Source: an uncultured bacterium
GTDB taxonomy: Bacteria > Acidobacteriota > Aminicenantia > Aminicenantales > CALLJL01
Direction of reading: 5' to 3'
Assembly (NCBI GenBank): GCA_938092135.1
Contig: CALLJL010000008.1
Location: forward strand, 64,019 to 128,018
Length of the DNA stretch: 64,000 bases
A program made the translations under genes and the position numbers. This document shows positions 1-8,972 of this stretch, piece after piece; position 1 is the stretch's first letter, and every line of letters starts with the position of its first letter. Below the pieces are notes generated by a model that had not been told where the DNA came from, did not search any database, and saw only the letters and a program-made list of their open reading frames with translations.

Positions 1-480
1 TACCAAAAGTTAGGCATTACGTCCGAAAGACTCGTCTTTGGTGACCACGCTGACATGTATACCACTTTTAGACCATTGACTAAGGAAGAAAGGCAAAGGA
101 TTAAAGAACAAATTCGTTGGACCTATGAGCAATTTTTAATCCGAGCGGCTGAAGGCCGAGGCAAAAGCAAAGAGGAAATCGATAAAATCGGCAAAGGTCG
201 GGTCTGGACGGGAGAGCAGGCCAAGGAAATCGGCCTGGTAGATGACCTTGGTGGCCTGAGCCGAGCTCTCGATTGGGCGCGTCAGCTCGCTGGGATTCCA
301 GCTGATGAAGAAATAAAGCTCGAAATCTGGCCGAAAAAAATTTCACTTCTCACCTATTTTTTCAAGAGATCAGAAGAAAAAATTTCTTATTTCTTCAATA
401 ATTCTTTTCCTTCTAGATTTCTGGCTGGGGCAGGAGAAAATATTCTAGCTATAATGCCTATCTGGCTATTACCACATTAA
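1..480 (+). CDS. sppA: signal peptide peptidase SppA (protease IV), C-terminal fragment; 5' end lies outside window
   Basis: Frame 1 is open from nt 1. Translation ...GKGRVWTGEQAKEIGLVDDLGGLSRALDWARQLAG matches the conserved SppA C-terminal region. The tail after ~nt 350 is poorly conserved, so the true stop is uncertain. Confidence 0.5.
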   Translation, partial: YQKLGITSERLVFGDHADMYTTFRPLTKEERQRIKEQIRWTYEQFLIRAAEGRGKSKEEIDKIGKGRVWTGEQAKEIGLVDDLGGLSRALDWARQLAGIPADEEIKLEIWPKKISLLTYFFKRSEEKISYFFNNSFPSRFLAGAGENILAIMPIWLLPH

Positions 481-539
481 TTAAAGTTAAAAAATTTTTT
501 GTGGCTAAAGGCCGACAAATAACTAGGAGATAAAGGAAT

Positions 540-842
540 TTATTCTTTTTCTTTATCTTTCGATTTAGGAAGAATTAAAATTTTTTCTTCCGGTTTTGTC
601 AGCCAGAGTCTTTTTCGCGCTTCTTCCTCAACCATGGCCGGGTTGTTACGGAGCTGTTCAACCTCTTTTTCCAGCTTTTCCTTCTCTTGCTTCAATTTTT
701 CCATCTTGACCAGAAGTTCTTTCTGAAGATGCCTAGCTTCCCGTATCTGGAGCAAACCCTTTTTGCCAAATAAGGTGCTTAAGATCAAAACAACCAGAAG
801 AATAACTACTCCACCTAAAAGGATTTTTCTTTTTGCTATCAT
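540..842 (-). CDS. septum formation initiator FtsB/DivIC-like (single TM + coiled coil)
   Basis: Internal ATG at 842 (MIAKRKILLGG...). One N-terminal TM helix followed by a heptad-rich segment (LLQIREARHLQKELLVKMEKLKQEKEKLEKEVEQLRNNP), typical of FtsB/DivIC. Confidence 0.5.
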   Translation of the reverse strand: MIAKRKILLGGVVILLVVLILSTLFGKKGLLQIREARHLQKELLVKMEKLKQEKEKLEKEVEQLRNNPAMVEEEARKRLWLTKPEEKILILPKSKDKEKE

Positions 843-855
843 CACTTTCAATCTT

Positions 856-2256
856 TCATTGGAAATAATCCAAAGCAAACTTTAAAAGCCTTTCGAGTTC
901 CCGAATCGAGTCAGCTTCGGCATAAAAGCGGATGAGCGGCTCTGTGCCTGAAGGTCGAATTAAAATCCAATCATCATTATCAAAATCCCATTTAATTCCA
1001 TCGACTGTTTCAATATGATAGGCTTGGCGTCCAGCAAATTTCTCAGGTCGGCTGGCAATTAAATCATTTAACTTTTTCTTTCTTTCAGGAGTTAACGAAA
1101 GATTTCGATGAGCATTTACTTTACGGCCATAGGTCCGGAAAAAATCATTTTTTAATTGGGAGAGACTCTTGCCTGAAACAGCTACCATTTCAGCGACAAG
1201 AAGACCGGCATAAATACCATCCTTTTCAGGGAGATGCCCCTGAAAGGCAATGGAAGCACTTTCTTCACCGCCAAAAATTATCTTTTTTTCAAGGAGGAGC
1301 TTAGCTAGATATTTAAAACCAACGGGAGTCCTATAAAGGGGCAAATCATATTGTCTGGCAACTCTATCGATGAGGTGAGTTGTAGCTACCGATCTGGCCA
1401 CACCGCCACGCCAGCCTTTGAATCTAATTAGATAGTCGAGCAATAAACTTAAAATAATATTGGCATCAACAAAATTGCCCCTTTCATCGATTATGCCGAA
1501 GCGATCGCCATCAGCATCAGTTGCTATTCCTAAATGACACTTTTTTTCTTTAACCAGACGTTTTAATTCTTTTAAATTTTCTTCTTTACAGGAGGGCACA
1601 ACGCCCCCGAAGTAGGGATCAACATAACCATGAATTTCCTCAGTAATAACCCCGTTCTCTTCCAGAATCTCATCGATATATTCGCGGCTTGTCCCATAAA
1701 GAAGATCCAGGCCAATCCTAAGGCCGGATTCTCGCATGGCTGCAAAATTGATTTTCGGCTGCAAATATTTGAGATAATCAATTTGCATATCAATTTTTTC
1801 TATGTATCCAGGGCGGGAATAGTATGGACAAAAAGCCTGATTTCGCTGCAAACGAGTTACCTCGGCTTCAATTTCATCAGTAATTTCGGGCATAGCTGGG
1901 GCTCCTGAGGCTTCATTGAATTTTAAGCCATTGTATTCGGGGGGATTAAAGGAGGCCGTAAAATTTATGCCTCCTTTGGCCTTGCGTTTAATAATTTGCA
2001 AAGCCTGAGCCTGAGATGGGGCATCTCTATCAGCTAAAAAAACTCTCATTCGATTATGGGAAAGAATTTTAGCTGCTTCTAAAGCAAATCTTTCGGAAAG
2101 AAAACGGGTATCATAACCAACAATTACAGCTAGCTCATCCTGACCATATCGGCGGCGGAGGCAATTGGCAATCGCCTGAACCACTAGGCGAACATTATAA
2201 AAAGTAAATTCTTCCCCCATTATGGCCCGCCAGCCTGATGTTCCGAATTTTATCAT
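856..2256 (-). CDS. phosphoglucomutase/phosphomannomutase family (alpha-D-phosphohexomutase)
   Basis: 466 aa. N-terminus FGTSGWRA and metal-binding loop GIATDADGDRFGIID are hallmark PGM/PMM motifs. Confidence 0.85.
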   Translation of the reverse strand: MIKFGTSGWRAIMGEEFTFYNVRLVVQAIANCLRRRYGQDELAVIVGYDTRFLSERFALEAAKILSHNRMRVFLADRDAPSQAQALQIIKRKAKGGINFTASFNPPEYNGLKFNEASGAPAMPEITDEIEAEVTRLQRNQAFCPYYSRPGYIEKIDMQIDYLKYLQPKINFAAMRESGLRIGLDLLYGTSREYIDEILEENGVITEEIHGYVDPYFGGVVPSCKEENLKELKRLVKEKKCHLGIATDADGDRFGIIDERGNFVDANIILSLLLDYLIRFKGWRGGVARSVATTHLIDRVARQYDLPLYRTPVGFKYLAKLLLEKKIIFGGEESASIAFQGHLPEKDGIYAGLLVAEMVAVSGKSLSQLKNDFFRTYGRKVNAHRNLSLTPERKKKLNDLIASRPEKFAGRQAYHIETVDGIKWDFDNDDWILIRPSGTEPLIRFYAEADSIRELERLLKFALDYFQ

Positions 2257-2326
2257 TGGCTCAATAAAGCCTCCTAAAACTTATCACTCCTGGGGCCAGT
2301 CGTCAAGAAAAGGTTAAACTTTACGA

Positions 2327-4792
2327 TTGACATGTTTTTACTTCTTTTTTAATGTCAGGTTAAGAATGGAAACAATTCGCCCCTATATTCTTTTAGGTAC
2401 TTTTTTTCTCACTTCAGCTAACATAGCCCTTCAAATTACAGCTAGTCGATATTTTTCAGTTACCCAGAGCCATCATCTGGCCTTTTTCGTCGTTAGCACC
2501 GCCTTTCTTGGCTTTGGGGTTTCAGGATGTCTTCTCTATTTCACAAGGAGGCAGTCCCAGATTCCTTCAACTTCAGCTTTGTGTTTGGCCAGCTTTCTTT
2601 TTAGTTTGATGATTATTTTTTGTGTTCCAGCTCTTAATGCCTTCCCCTTTGAGATTTTTGAACTCCTCTGGTCAAAGGGCAAAATAATTAACCTTTTTTT
2701 AATAAATATTATATTAGGCTTGCCTTTCTTTTTTTCCGGCTGGACAATGGCCAGCCTGACGACACTTTACGCTCCCTTCATCCGTTATTTATACGCCGCT
2801 GATCTAACAGGTGCCGCTTTTGGAGCATTTCTACCTTCGCTTATCTTTCTACCTCATGGAGATCGATCTTCTTTTTTACTCATAGGTCTTATAGCCATTA
2901 CCGCCTCTCTATTTTTCAGCTTAACTTTGGAAAGAAAGATGATTCTTCCAATTTTAACTATTCTTGTTCTCATCATTATCATGGCGATTCACCCTGCCCA
3001 ATTTTTTGAGTTTCGTCTTTCACCCTATAAGCCTTTGAATCAGGCCCTAATGCCTTCAGGAGCTAAAATTCTTTTAACCCGATGGAATTCTTTGGCCAGG
3101 GCTGATCTGGTCTTCTCCCCTTCTTTAAAATTTGCGCCTGGTCTCAGCTTAATTTATCAGCAGGTTCTCCCTCCTCAATTAGGCCTCTTTATTGATGGTA
3201 GTCAACCGAGCGCTTTAACTTGCCTAAAAGATCTTAAGGAACCGGATCTAGCCTTTCTTAAATATCTACCCTGCTCGCTTCCTTTTTTCCTTCTCTCAAG
3301 GCCTTCTGTTCTGATTATAGAGCCAAGAGGTGGACTGGAAATTCTTCTTTCCCTTTATTTTGAAGCCCGGAAAATCAAGATCATCGAAAATAATCCACTA
3401 ATCCTCTCCATTCTTAAAAAAGATCTGCCTGAAAAGATAGGTCTTCCTCTTCTAGACTCCGGAATTGAAGCGGTAGCAGCTTTTCCCCGGTCTGAAATAA
3501 AAAAGGAAAAAAATTTATATGACCTGATTATTTTTTCTTTGCCTGACGTTATGGCTGCCATAAGCTCAGGATTAGCTCCATTACAGGAAGATCATCTGCG
3601 AACCAGGGAGTCTTTAACCTGGCTTCTCCATCGTCTCTCTCCGGGAGGAATCCTCATGGCCACCCTTGCTCTTTTACCTCCGGCTCGTCAAGAGTTGCGT
3701 TTTCTTGCTACAATTATCGAATCTCTCGAAAAGGTAAACCTCAATCCCCAGGAATCGCTAGTTGTAGTTTTAAGCTGGGGAACAATGAGCATTCTCGCCA
3801 AAAAGGGCTCTTTTTCTTCCGATGAATTAAATTTCATCCTGACCTGGTGTGAGGAAAGGCTTTTCCATCTGGCCTATTTTCCTGGGAAAACAACCCAGAT
3901 TGATTTAGAAAGCGAGAAAAAATATGGTTTTCCTCTTGAGCTTATAGACAGGCTTCTGGATCCATCAAAAAGAAAACAGCTTTATAAACAATATCTCTTT
4001 AATATTAAGCCGGCTAATGATAACCGACCTTTTTTTCAGCAGACCATCAAATTAAGCCGGCTTAAATCAACTTTTCTGGCCTTTGGGAAAAAATGGTTGC
4101 CCCTAATCGAAGCTGGGGGTCTTTACCCCATCCTTCTGCTTCAGGCTCTCATAATTTCTTTCCTTTTTCTATTTTCCCCTTTTTTAATTTTCAGACAGCG
4201 ATTAATCAAGACCACAAGAAAAGATTGGGTTAATCTTCTCTATTTTGCTTTTATAGGATCTGGTTTTATGACGGTTGAAATCCTGTTTATCCAGAAAGGC
4301 ATTCTTTTTCTTGGTCATCCCACCCAGTCTTTTTCGGTCACCCTCTTTTCCCTTCTCTTTTCTAGCGGGCTAGGCAGCTTGATTTCATCCAAATGGAGAC
4401 AAAAAAGATTACTCTCCACCGGCCAATTCCTCCTGGCTTGCGGATTCTTAATTATTCTTGATTTCTTCTTCTTAAATAAATTTATTGATCTTTTCTTTTC
4501 CCAGCCTTTTTCTTTCCGCCTATGCCTTTTTTTTATTTTTATTTTTCCTACCGGCTTCTTTTTAGGTTTTGCTTTTCCAGCCGGGATAAGCCGCCTCCAT
4601 CAGAGACGCCCCCATCTAATTCCTCTTGCCTGGTCAATTAACGCCTTTTCTTCAGTTATTACCTCAATTTTAGCCATAATTTTAGCTTTGTTGTTTGGCT
4701 ACTCTTTTTTATTCATTTTTTCTTCTATCTGCTATGGCTTAGCGTTTTCTTTTTTCCGCCTCGCCAATCATGGGAACAAAGCGTACCCCTGA
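2327..4792 (+). CDS. polytopic membrane protein with central spermidine-synthase-like (class I MTase-fold) domain
   Basis: 821 aa. About 7-8 predicted TM helices at each end. The central soluble region (VLIIEPRGGLEILLSLYFEARKIKIIENNPLIL...YDLIIFSLPD) follows the SpeE-like strand/helix pattern but lacks the canonical GGGDG loop. Confidence 0.55.
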   Translation: MTCFYFFFNVRLRMETIRPYILLGTFFLTSANIALQITASRYFSVTQSHHLAFFVVSTAFLGFGVSGCLLYFTRRQSQIPSTSALCLASFLFSLMIIFCVPALNAFPFEIFELLWSKGKIINLFLINIILGLPFFFSGWTMASLTTLYAPFIRYLYAADLTGAAFGAFLPSLIFLPHGDRSSFLLIGLIAITASLFFSLTLERKMILPILTILVLIIIMAIHPAQFFEFRLSPYKPLNQALMPSGAKILLTRWNSLARADLVFSPSLKFAPGLSLIYQQVLPPQLGLFIDGSQPSALTCLKDLKEPDLAFLKYLPCSLPFFLLSRPSVLIIEPRGGLEILLSLYFEARKIKIIENNPLILSILKKDLPEKIGLPLLDSGIEAVAAFPRSEIKKEKNLYDLIIFSLPDVMAAISSGLAPLQEDHLRTRESLTWLLHRLSPGGILMATLALLPPARQELRFLATIIESLEKVNLNPQESLVVVLSWGTMSILAKKGSFSSDELNFILTWCEERLFHLAYFPGKTTQIDLESEKKYGFPLELIDRLLDPSKRKQLYKQYLFNIKPANDNRPFFQQTIKLSRLKSTFLAFGKKWLPLIEAGGLYPILLLQALIISFLFLFSPFLIFRQRLIKTTRKDWVNLLYFAFIGSGFMTVEILFIQKGILFLGHPTQSFSVTLFSLLFSSGLGSLISSKWRQKRLLSTGQFLLACGFLIILDFFFLNKFIDLFFSQPFSFRLCLFFIFIFPTGFFLGFAFPAGISRLHQRRPHLIPLAWSINAFSSVITSILAIILALLFGYSFLFIFSSICYGLAFSFFRLANHGNKAYP

Positions 4793-5473
4793 AATATATT
4801 CTACTCGAGGCTTTTTGCCTTCCTTGATCACCAAAGTCAGAGTCTGAAAATAAAGGGTGCTACCGAGAGGAATAACCAGTCTCCCCCCTTCTTTCAGCTG
4901 TTCTAAAAGAGGGGGTGGCAGATGATTGGCGGCGCAGGTAACAATGATTGCATCGAAGGGGGCCTTTTCTGGCCAGCCGAAGTAACCATCAGCCCATTTA
5001 ACATGGACATTTTGATAGCCAAGTTTGGCCAAAAGAGCAGCCGCCTTTTTGGCCAAATTTTCCCTTATTTCAATTGTATAAACCTCCTGGCACAGATGGG
5101 CCAGAACAGCTGCTTGGTAGCCCGAGCCAGTGCCAATCTCCAGAACCTTTTCATTTCCCTTTAAGTTCAAACACTGGGTCATCAAAGCCACGATGTAAGG
5201 TTGAGAAATCGTCTGCCCTTCTTCAATCGGCAAAGGAGTATCCTCGTAAGCCATGTTCATGTATTGGGGAAGTACAAATAGATGACGGGGGACGCTAAGC
5301 ATAACCTCCAAAACCCTACGATCGGTAATGTCTCGGCTAGCCAGTTGCTCCTCTACCATTTGCCGTCTTAACTTGGCCCATTTTTCCTCTTGAGCCCCCG
5401 GTAAAATAGAGGAAATTGCAGCCAATAATATTAAACAATATGCTTCAGCGCTTATTTTATGGATAAAATTCAT
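4739..5473 (-). CDS. pcm: protein-L-isoaspartate O-methyltransferase; long ORF adds a hydrophobic N-terminal extension (possible signal peptide), alternative start at 5359
   Basis: Core (MVEEQLASRDITDRRVLEVMLSVPRHLFV...VLEIGTGSGYQAAVLA...) is canonical Pcm with the SAM motif. The 38-aa N-extension (MNFIHKISAEAYCLILLAAISSILPGAQ) is hydrophobic and preceded by a GGAAAAG RBS. Confidence 0.85.
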   Translation of the reverse strand: MNFIHKISAEAYCLILLAAISSILPGAQEEKWAKLRRQMVEEQLASRDITDRRVLEVMLSVPRHLFVLPQYMNMAYEDTPLPIEEGQTISQPYIVALMTQCLNLKGNEKVLEIGTGSGYQAAVLAHLCQEVYTIEIRENLAKKAAALLAKLGYQNVHVKWADGYFGWPEKAPFDAIIVTCAANHLPPPLLEQLKEGGRLVIPLGSTLYFQTLTLVIKEGKKPRVEYISGVRFVPMIGEAEKRKR

Positions 5474-5700
5474 TTTCTTTTCCTATTGTTGCCTGATATT
5501 AAGACTAAAATCAAGGGATGGATGATCAATCACCCATCGTCCAAGGCCTTTTCACCTCAGCTTTCGCCGAAAAGGGTGATTGACTTTTGAATCTAGTGGC
5601 AAGAAAGTATAAAAGGCTAAAAAAGGAGGTTAAAAAGGAAAAGTTTGACAAGTCCATTTTTTTCTGATAAGAAGTTAAACAATTTGAAAAAGGATTCAGG

Positions 5701-6189
5701 TTGGTGAGGGAAAGGCGAGCTATTTACCCTGGTTCCTTTGATCCTATTACCAATGGGCATGTGGATATTATTGAGAGGGGATTAAAAATTTTTGATCAAA
5801 TCATCATCGCTGTTCTGGAAAATCCAAAAAAGGAATCGCTCTTTACGACTGAAGAAAGAGTGACCATGATTAAGGAAATTTTTGCTTCTGAACCTAGGGT
5901 AAAGGTCAAATCCTTTAACGGGTTGCTGGTTGATTTTGCCAAAAAAAATAAAGCTAGAGTTATTATAAGGGGTTTGAGAGCAGTTTCTGATTTTGAGTAT
6001 GAGTTCCAAATGGCCCTGATGAATCGCAAGCTTTATCCGGAATTAGAAACCCTTTTCATGATGCCAAACTTGAACTACATTTTTTTGAGCTCTCGATTAG
6101 TTAAGGAAATTTATATGTTTGGCGGTTGCCTAAAAAATTTGGTCCCCGAAATAGTGGAAAATTATCTTCGAAAAAAATTTCAAATATAA
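5701..6189 (+). CDS. coaD: phosphopantetheine adenylyltransferase
   Basis: [18 protein letters not shown] matches the PPAT nucleotidyltransferase motif. 162 aa. The listed start is TTG; a GTG follows at 5704. Confidence 0.9.
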   Translation: MVRERRAIYPGSFDPITNGHVDIIERGLKIFDQIIIAVLENPKKESLFTTEERVTMIKEIFASEPRVKVKSFNGLLVDFAKKNKARVIIRGLRAVSDFEYEFQMALMNRKLYPELETLFMMPNLNYIFLSSRLVKEIYMFGGCLKNLVPEIVENYLRKKFQI

Positions 6190-6223
6190 AAAATTAATAA
6201 GAAATTAAGAGGAAGGTAGAGAA

Positions 6224-7300
6224 ATGTTAGGCTTTCAAAAAAGCAAAAATGTCGTCGGCCTGGATATCGGCTCTCACGCTATAAAAGCTGTCGAATTAAC
6301 TTCCAAAAAGAAGGGAGGCACAGAAATTTATGAACTGGCCAAAATTGGCTACGAAGTTTTGCCCCATGATAGCATAGTCGAGGGAACTATTATTGATTCT
6401 ACGGCCGTCGTTGAAACTATTCACTTAATCTTTGAAGAAAACAAAATTAAAAACCGAAATGTGGCTATTTCAATTTCGGGCAATTCCGTGATCATCAAAA
6501 AGATCTCCCTGCCTCAGATGGAAAAAGAAGAACTGGCTGAATCAATCATCTGGGAAGCCAAGCATAATATTCCCTATCCCTATGAAGAAACCAATGTGGA
6601 TTACGCCATTCTTCGTCCCCCACGAGGAGTAGAAACCAAAAGCTTGGACATTCTATTAGTGGCGGCTAAAAAGGATAAAATTGCCAACTACAGCAATGTT
6701 GTCCATCAGGCTAAAAAAAATCTGGTGGCTATCGAAGTGGACGTCTTTGCCCTACAAAATGCTTTAGAGGTAAATTATCCAGAAACTTTTGAAAATAAAA
6801 CAATAGCTATGGTCAACATTGGGGCTAACATCACCAACATCCTGATTCTCGAAAAAGGCCTACCTCAACTTTTTCGCGATCTTTCCCTCGGTGGAACCTT
6901 TTTTACTGAAAATCTGAGGAAGGAGTTAAATATAGGCCTTGATGAAGCCGAAAGACTTCTAAAGGGCATTCCAGTTAAAAATATTGATCAGGCCCACGTA
7001 GAAGAAATTCTTAGTCAAAACATTAGAGATCTTGTTGATGAGATTGACAAAACTTTTACTTTTTATGAAGCCGGCGATAAAAAAGAAAGGAAAATTGAGC
7101 AGATTTTTATTAGCGGTGGTCTGGCCAACTTAAAAGCTTTGCCTATAGCCTTTGAAGAAAGATTTGCTGCGCCAACGGAAATTTTTAATCCTTTCCGAAA
7201 TATTCATTACCGAGAGAAAGATTTTGATTCTGTTCTTATAAAAGAAACACCCTCAATTTTCGGAGTGGCGGTTGGTTTAGCCCTCCGGAGAATGGATTAA
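6224..7300 (+). CDS. pilM: type IV pilus assembly ATPase-fold protein PilM
   Basis: Actin-like fold N-terminus GLDIGSHAIKAVEL. 358 aa. First gene of the pilMNOPQ synteny. Confidence 0.85.
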   Translation: MLGFQKSKNVVGLDIGSHAIKAVELTSKKKGGTEIYELAKIGYEVLPHDSIVEGTIIDSTAVVETIHLIFEENKIKNRNVAISISGNSVIIKKISLPQMEKEELAESIIWEAKHNIPYPYEETNVDYAILRPPRGVETKSLDILLVAAKKDKIANYSNVVHQAKKNLVAIEVDVFALQNALEVNYPETFENKTIAMVNIGANITNILILEKGLPQLFRDLSLGGTFFTENLRKELNIGLDEAERLLKGIPVKNIDQAHVEEILSQNIRDLVDEIDKTFTFYEAGDKKERKIEQIFISGGLANLKALPIAFEERFAAPTEIFNPFRNIHYREKDFDSVLIKETPSIFGVAVGLALRRMD

Positions 7301-7305
7301 CAACC

Positions 7306-7941
7306 ATGATTCGAATCAATCTTTTAAAACCGGAAACAAAGGAAATAAGAGAAACAGTTCCGGCCGCTCCAGTCGCTGAAGTCAAAGAAAGAAAGGCTCC
7401 GCCTCTTGCCAACATCATTTTTATTCTGGCTATCGTCTTGTTCGCAGCCCTTTTCTTTCTTCAAAAAAGAGCCTTAGACCAAGAAAGACAACGACTGGCA
7501 GCGGCTCAGGAAGAAAAAAGACAGTTGGCCTATGTCAGCGAAAAGCTTGTGGAGTTACAAAAGCAAAAGGAGATTTTCGAAAAGAAAATCAATCTCATTA
7601 CTTCCCTTAAAGCTCAACAGCCCATTGCCGTTATTTTGCTCAATGAAATCAACCGATGTCTTCCTGACTGGGTTTGGTTGACTGAAGTCAGCTATGAAAA
7701 TCGCCTTCTTCAGATAAAGGGAGGTGCTCTTTCCAATAACTTGATTGCCGACTTTATCCGCAATCTTGAGGACAGTCCCTTTCTGGAAAATGTTGATTTA
7801 AGAAGTTCAGTTCAAAGAACTACCGCTAATCAGATCTTTCTTGAATTCTCCTTAACCCTCCAGTTAGTTCAGCTTCAAACTGAAGTAACAGGTTCAAGTT
7901 TGCCATCCACGGCCAAAGGCCAGGAGGAGAAGAAAAAATGA
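7306..7941 (+). CDS. pilN: type IV pilus inner-membrane component PilN
   Basis: Classic PilN start MIRINLLKPE, single TM then coiled coil. Follows pilM. Confidence 0.8.
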   Translation: MIRINLLKPETKEIRETVPAAPVAEVKERKAPPLANIIFILAIVLFAALFFLQKRALDQERQRLAAAQEEKRQLAYVSEKLVELQKQKEIFEKKINLITSLKAQQPIAVILLNEINRCLPDWVWLTEVSYENRLLQIKGGALSNNLIADFIRNLEDSPFLENVDLRSSVQRTTANQIFLEFSLTLQLVQLQTEVTGSSLPSTAKGQEEKKK

Positions 7942-8522
7942 GAAGACAACCTTGGCTTAATTATATTATTTTAATAATAATTTTGGGTGGCGCTTTTTAT
8001 TTTCTTTACTTTCGACCTAAATCGGCTGAACTGAAGAACCTACGAGCTCAAAGGGAAAAAATAGAAGCTGAGCTAGTTGATCTCCGGGCAAAGAAACATC
8101 AGTTAGATCAAATCGAGCTCGAAATCGCCACGATGACCCAGACCCTTAAGGAACTTGAAGCTATAATTCCTTTAAAAAAAGAAATCGATGTTATCCTGCG
8201 CAAAATCCAGGAGATTGCTTTTGATTCCAAATTAAACATTTTAAGATTCGCTCCTCAGGGAGAAGTCTTCAAAGAATTCTATTCTGAGTGGCCTATCCCC
8301 ATTGAAATTTCAGGTAACTTTCATAATCTGGGGTTATTTTTTGATCGACTAAGAACCTTCGCCCGATTATTCATTATCGATAAATTTTCTATTAAAGCCT
8401 TATCCAATCAGACCGATGACCTTACTATAACTAGCTCTTTTACCGCCAAAACCTATATGTTTGTTGAGGAGGCTGCCTCTGAAACGGCAGCCAAACCAAA
8501 ACCAAAGGCGGGGAAAAAATGA
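7938..8522 (+). CDS. pilO: type IV pilus inner-membrane component PilO
   Basis: 4-nt overlap with pilN. N-terminal TM plus coiled coil. Size 194 aa and operon position fit PilO. Confidence 0.7.
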   Translation: MRRQPWLNYIILIIILGGAFYFLYFRPKSAELKNLRAQREKIEAELVDLRAKKHQLDQIELEIATMTQTLKELEAIIPLKKEIDVILRKIQEIAFDSKLNILRFAPQGEVFKEFYSEWPIPIEISGNFHNLGLFFDRLRTFARLFIIDKFSIKALSNQTDDLTITSSFTAKTYMFVEEAASETAAKPKPKAGKK

Positions 8523-8971
8523 TGAAAACCAAATTTATTTTTTTAATCTTTGTCTGTTTATGGATAAGCGCCTTTTTGCCCAGCCAGGAAAAGAAAGAAC
8601 CAGCAATCCCTTCCCTAATTTCCCTTCAGTCCCAGCTTTCCTTATACAATCCAGAGGGAAGAAGGGATCCCTTTAAGAATCTACTGGCTGGGAAGGAAAT
8701 CAAAGGGAAGACAACGCCTTCGGGTGGACCTGAGCTTTTTATTGAAGATCTCAAACTCATCGGCATCGTTAAACATAAAAATCAATATGTGGCTATTTTT
8801 TCTGGGCCTCATGGCTTTCCTCTTTATATGCGAGTTGGAGACAAACTCTCCGATGGATTTATTCTATCGATAAATGAATTCCAAGTTGTTTTCCGCAAGA
8901 CTAATGAGCGAGGCCTCCCTTTGATGCGTCCAAAGGATATAATTAAAGAAATTCATCCAGAGGAGCGTTAA
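8519..8971 (+). CDS. pilP: type IV pilus assembly protein PilP (secreted/lipoprotein)
   Basis: 4-nt overlap with pilO. 150 aa with a signal peptide. Call rests on position between pilO and pilQ and on the beta-rich C-terminal domain. Confidence 0.55.
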   Translation: MMKTKFIFLIFVCLWISAFLPSQEKKEPAIPSLISLQSQLSLYNPEGRRDPFKNLLAGKEIKGKTTPSGGPELFIEDLKLIGIVKHKNQYVAIFSGPHGFPLYMRVGDKLSDGFILSINEFQVVFRKTNERGLPLMRPKDIIKEIHPEER

Positions 8972-8972
8972 A

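Noticed and set aside
1572-1908. Antisense and overlapping ORFs of 60-140 aa embedded in larger genes, e.g. 1572-1793, 1630-1908, 3355-3561, 18912-19269, 43008-43734, 55647-55937, 61512-61776.
   Set aside because: Each lies entirely within a well-supported, motif-bearing CDS on the opposite strand or in another frame. They have low-complexity or Arg/Ser-rich translations typical of antisense reads and no RBS.
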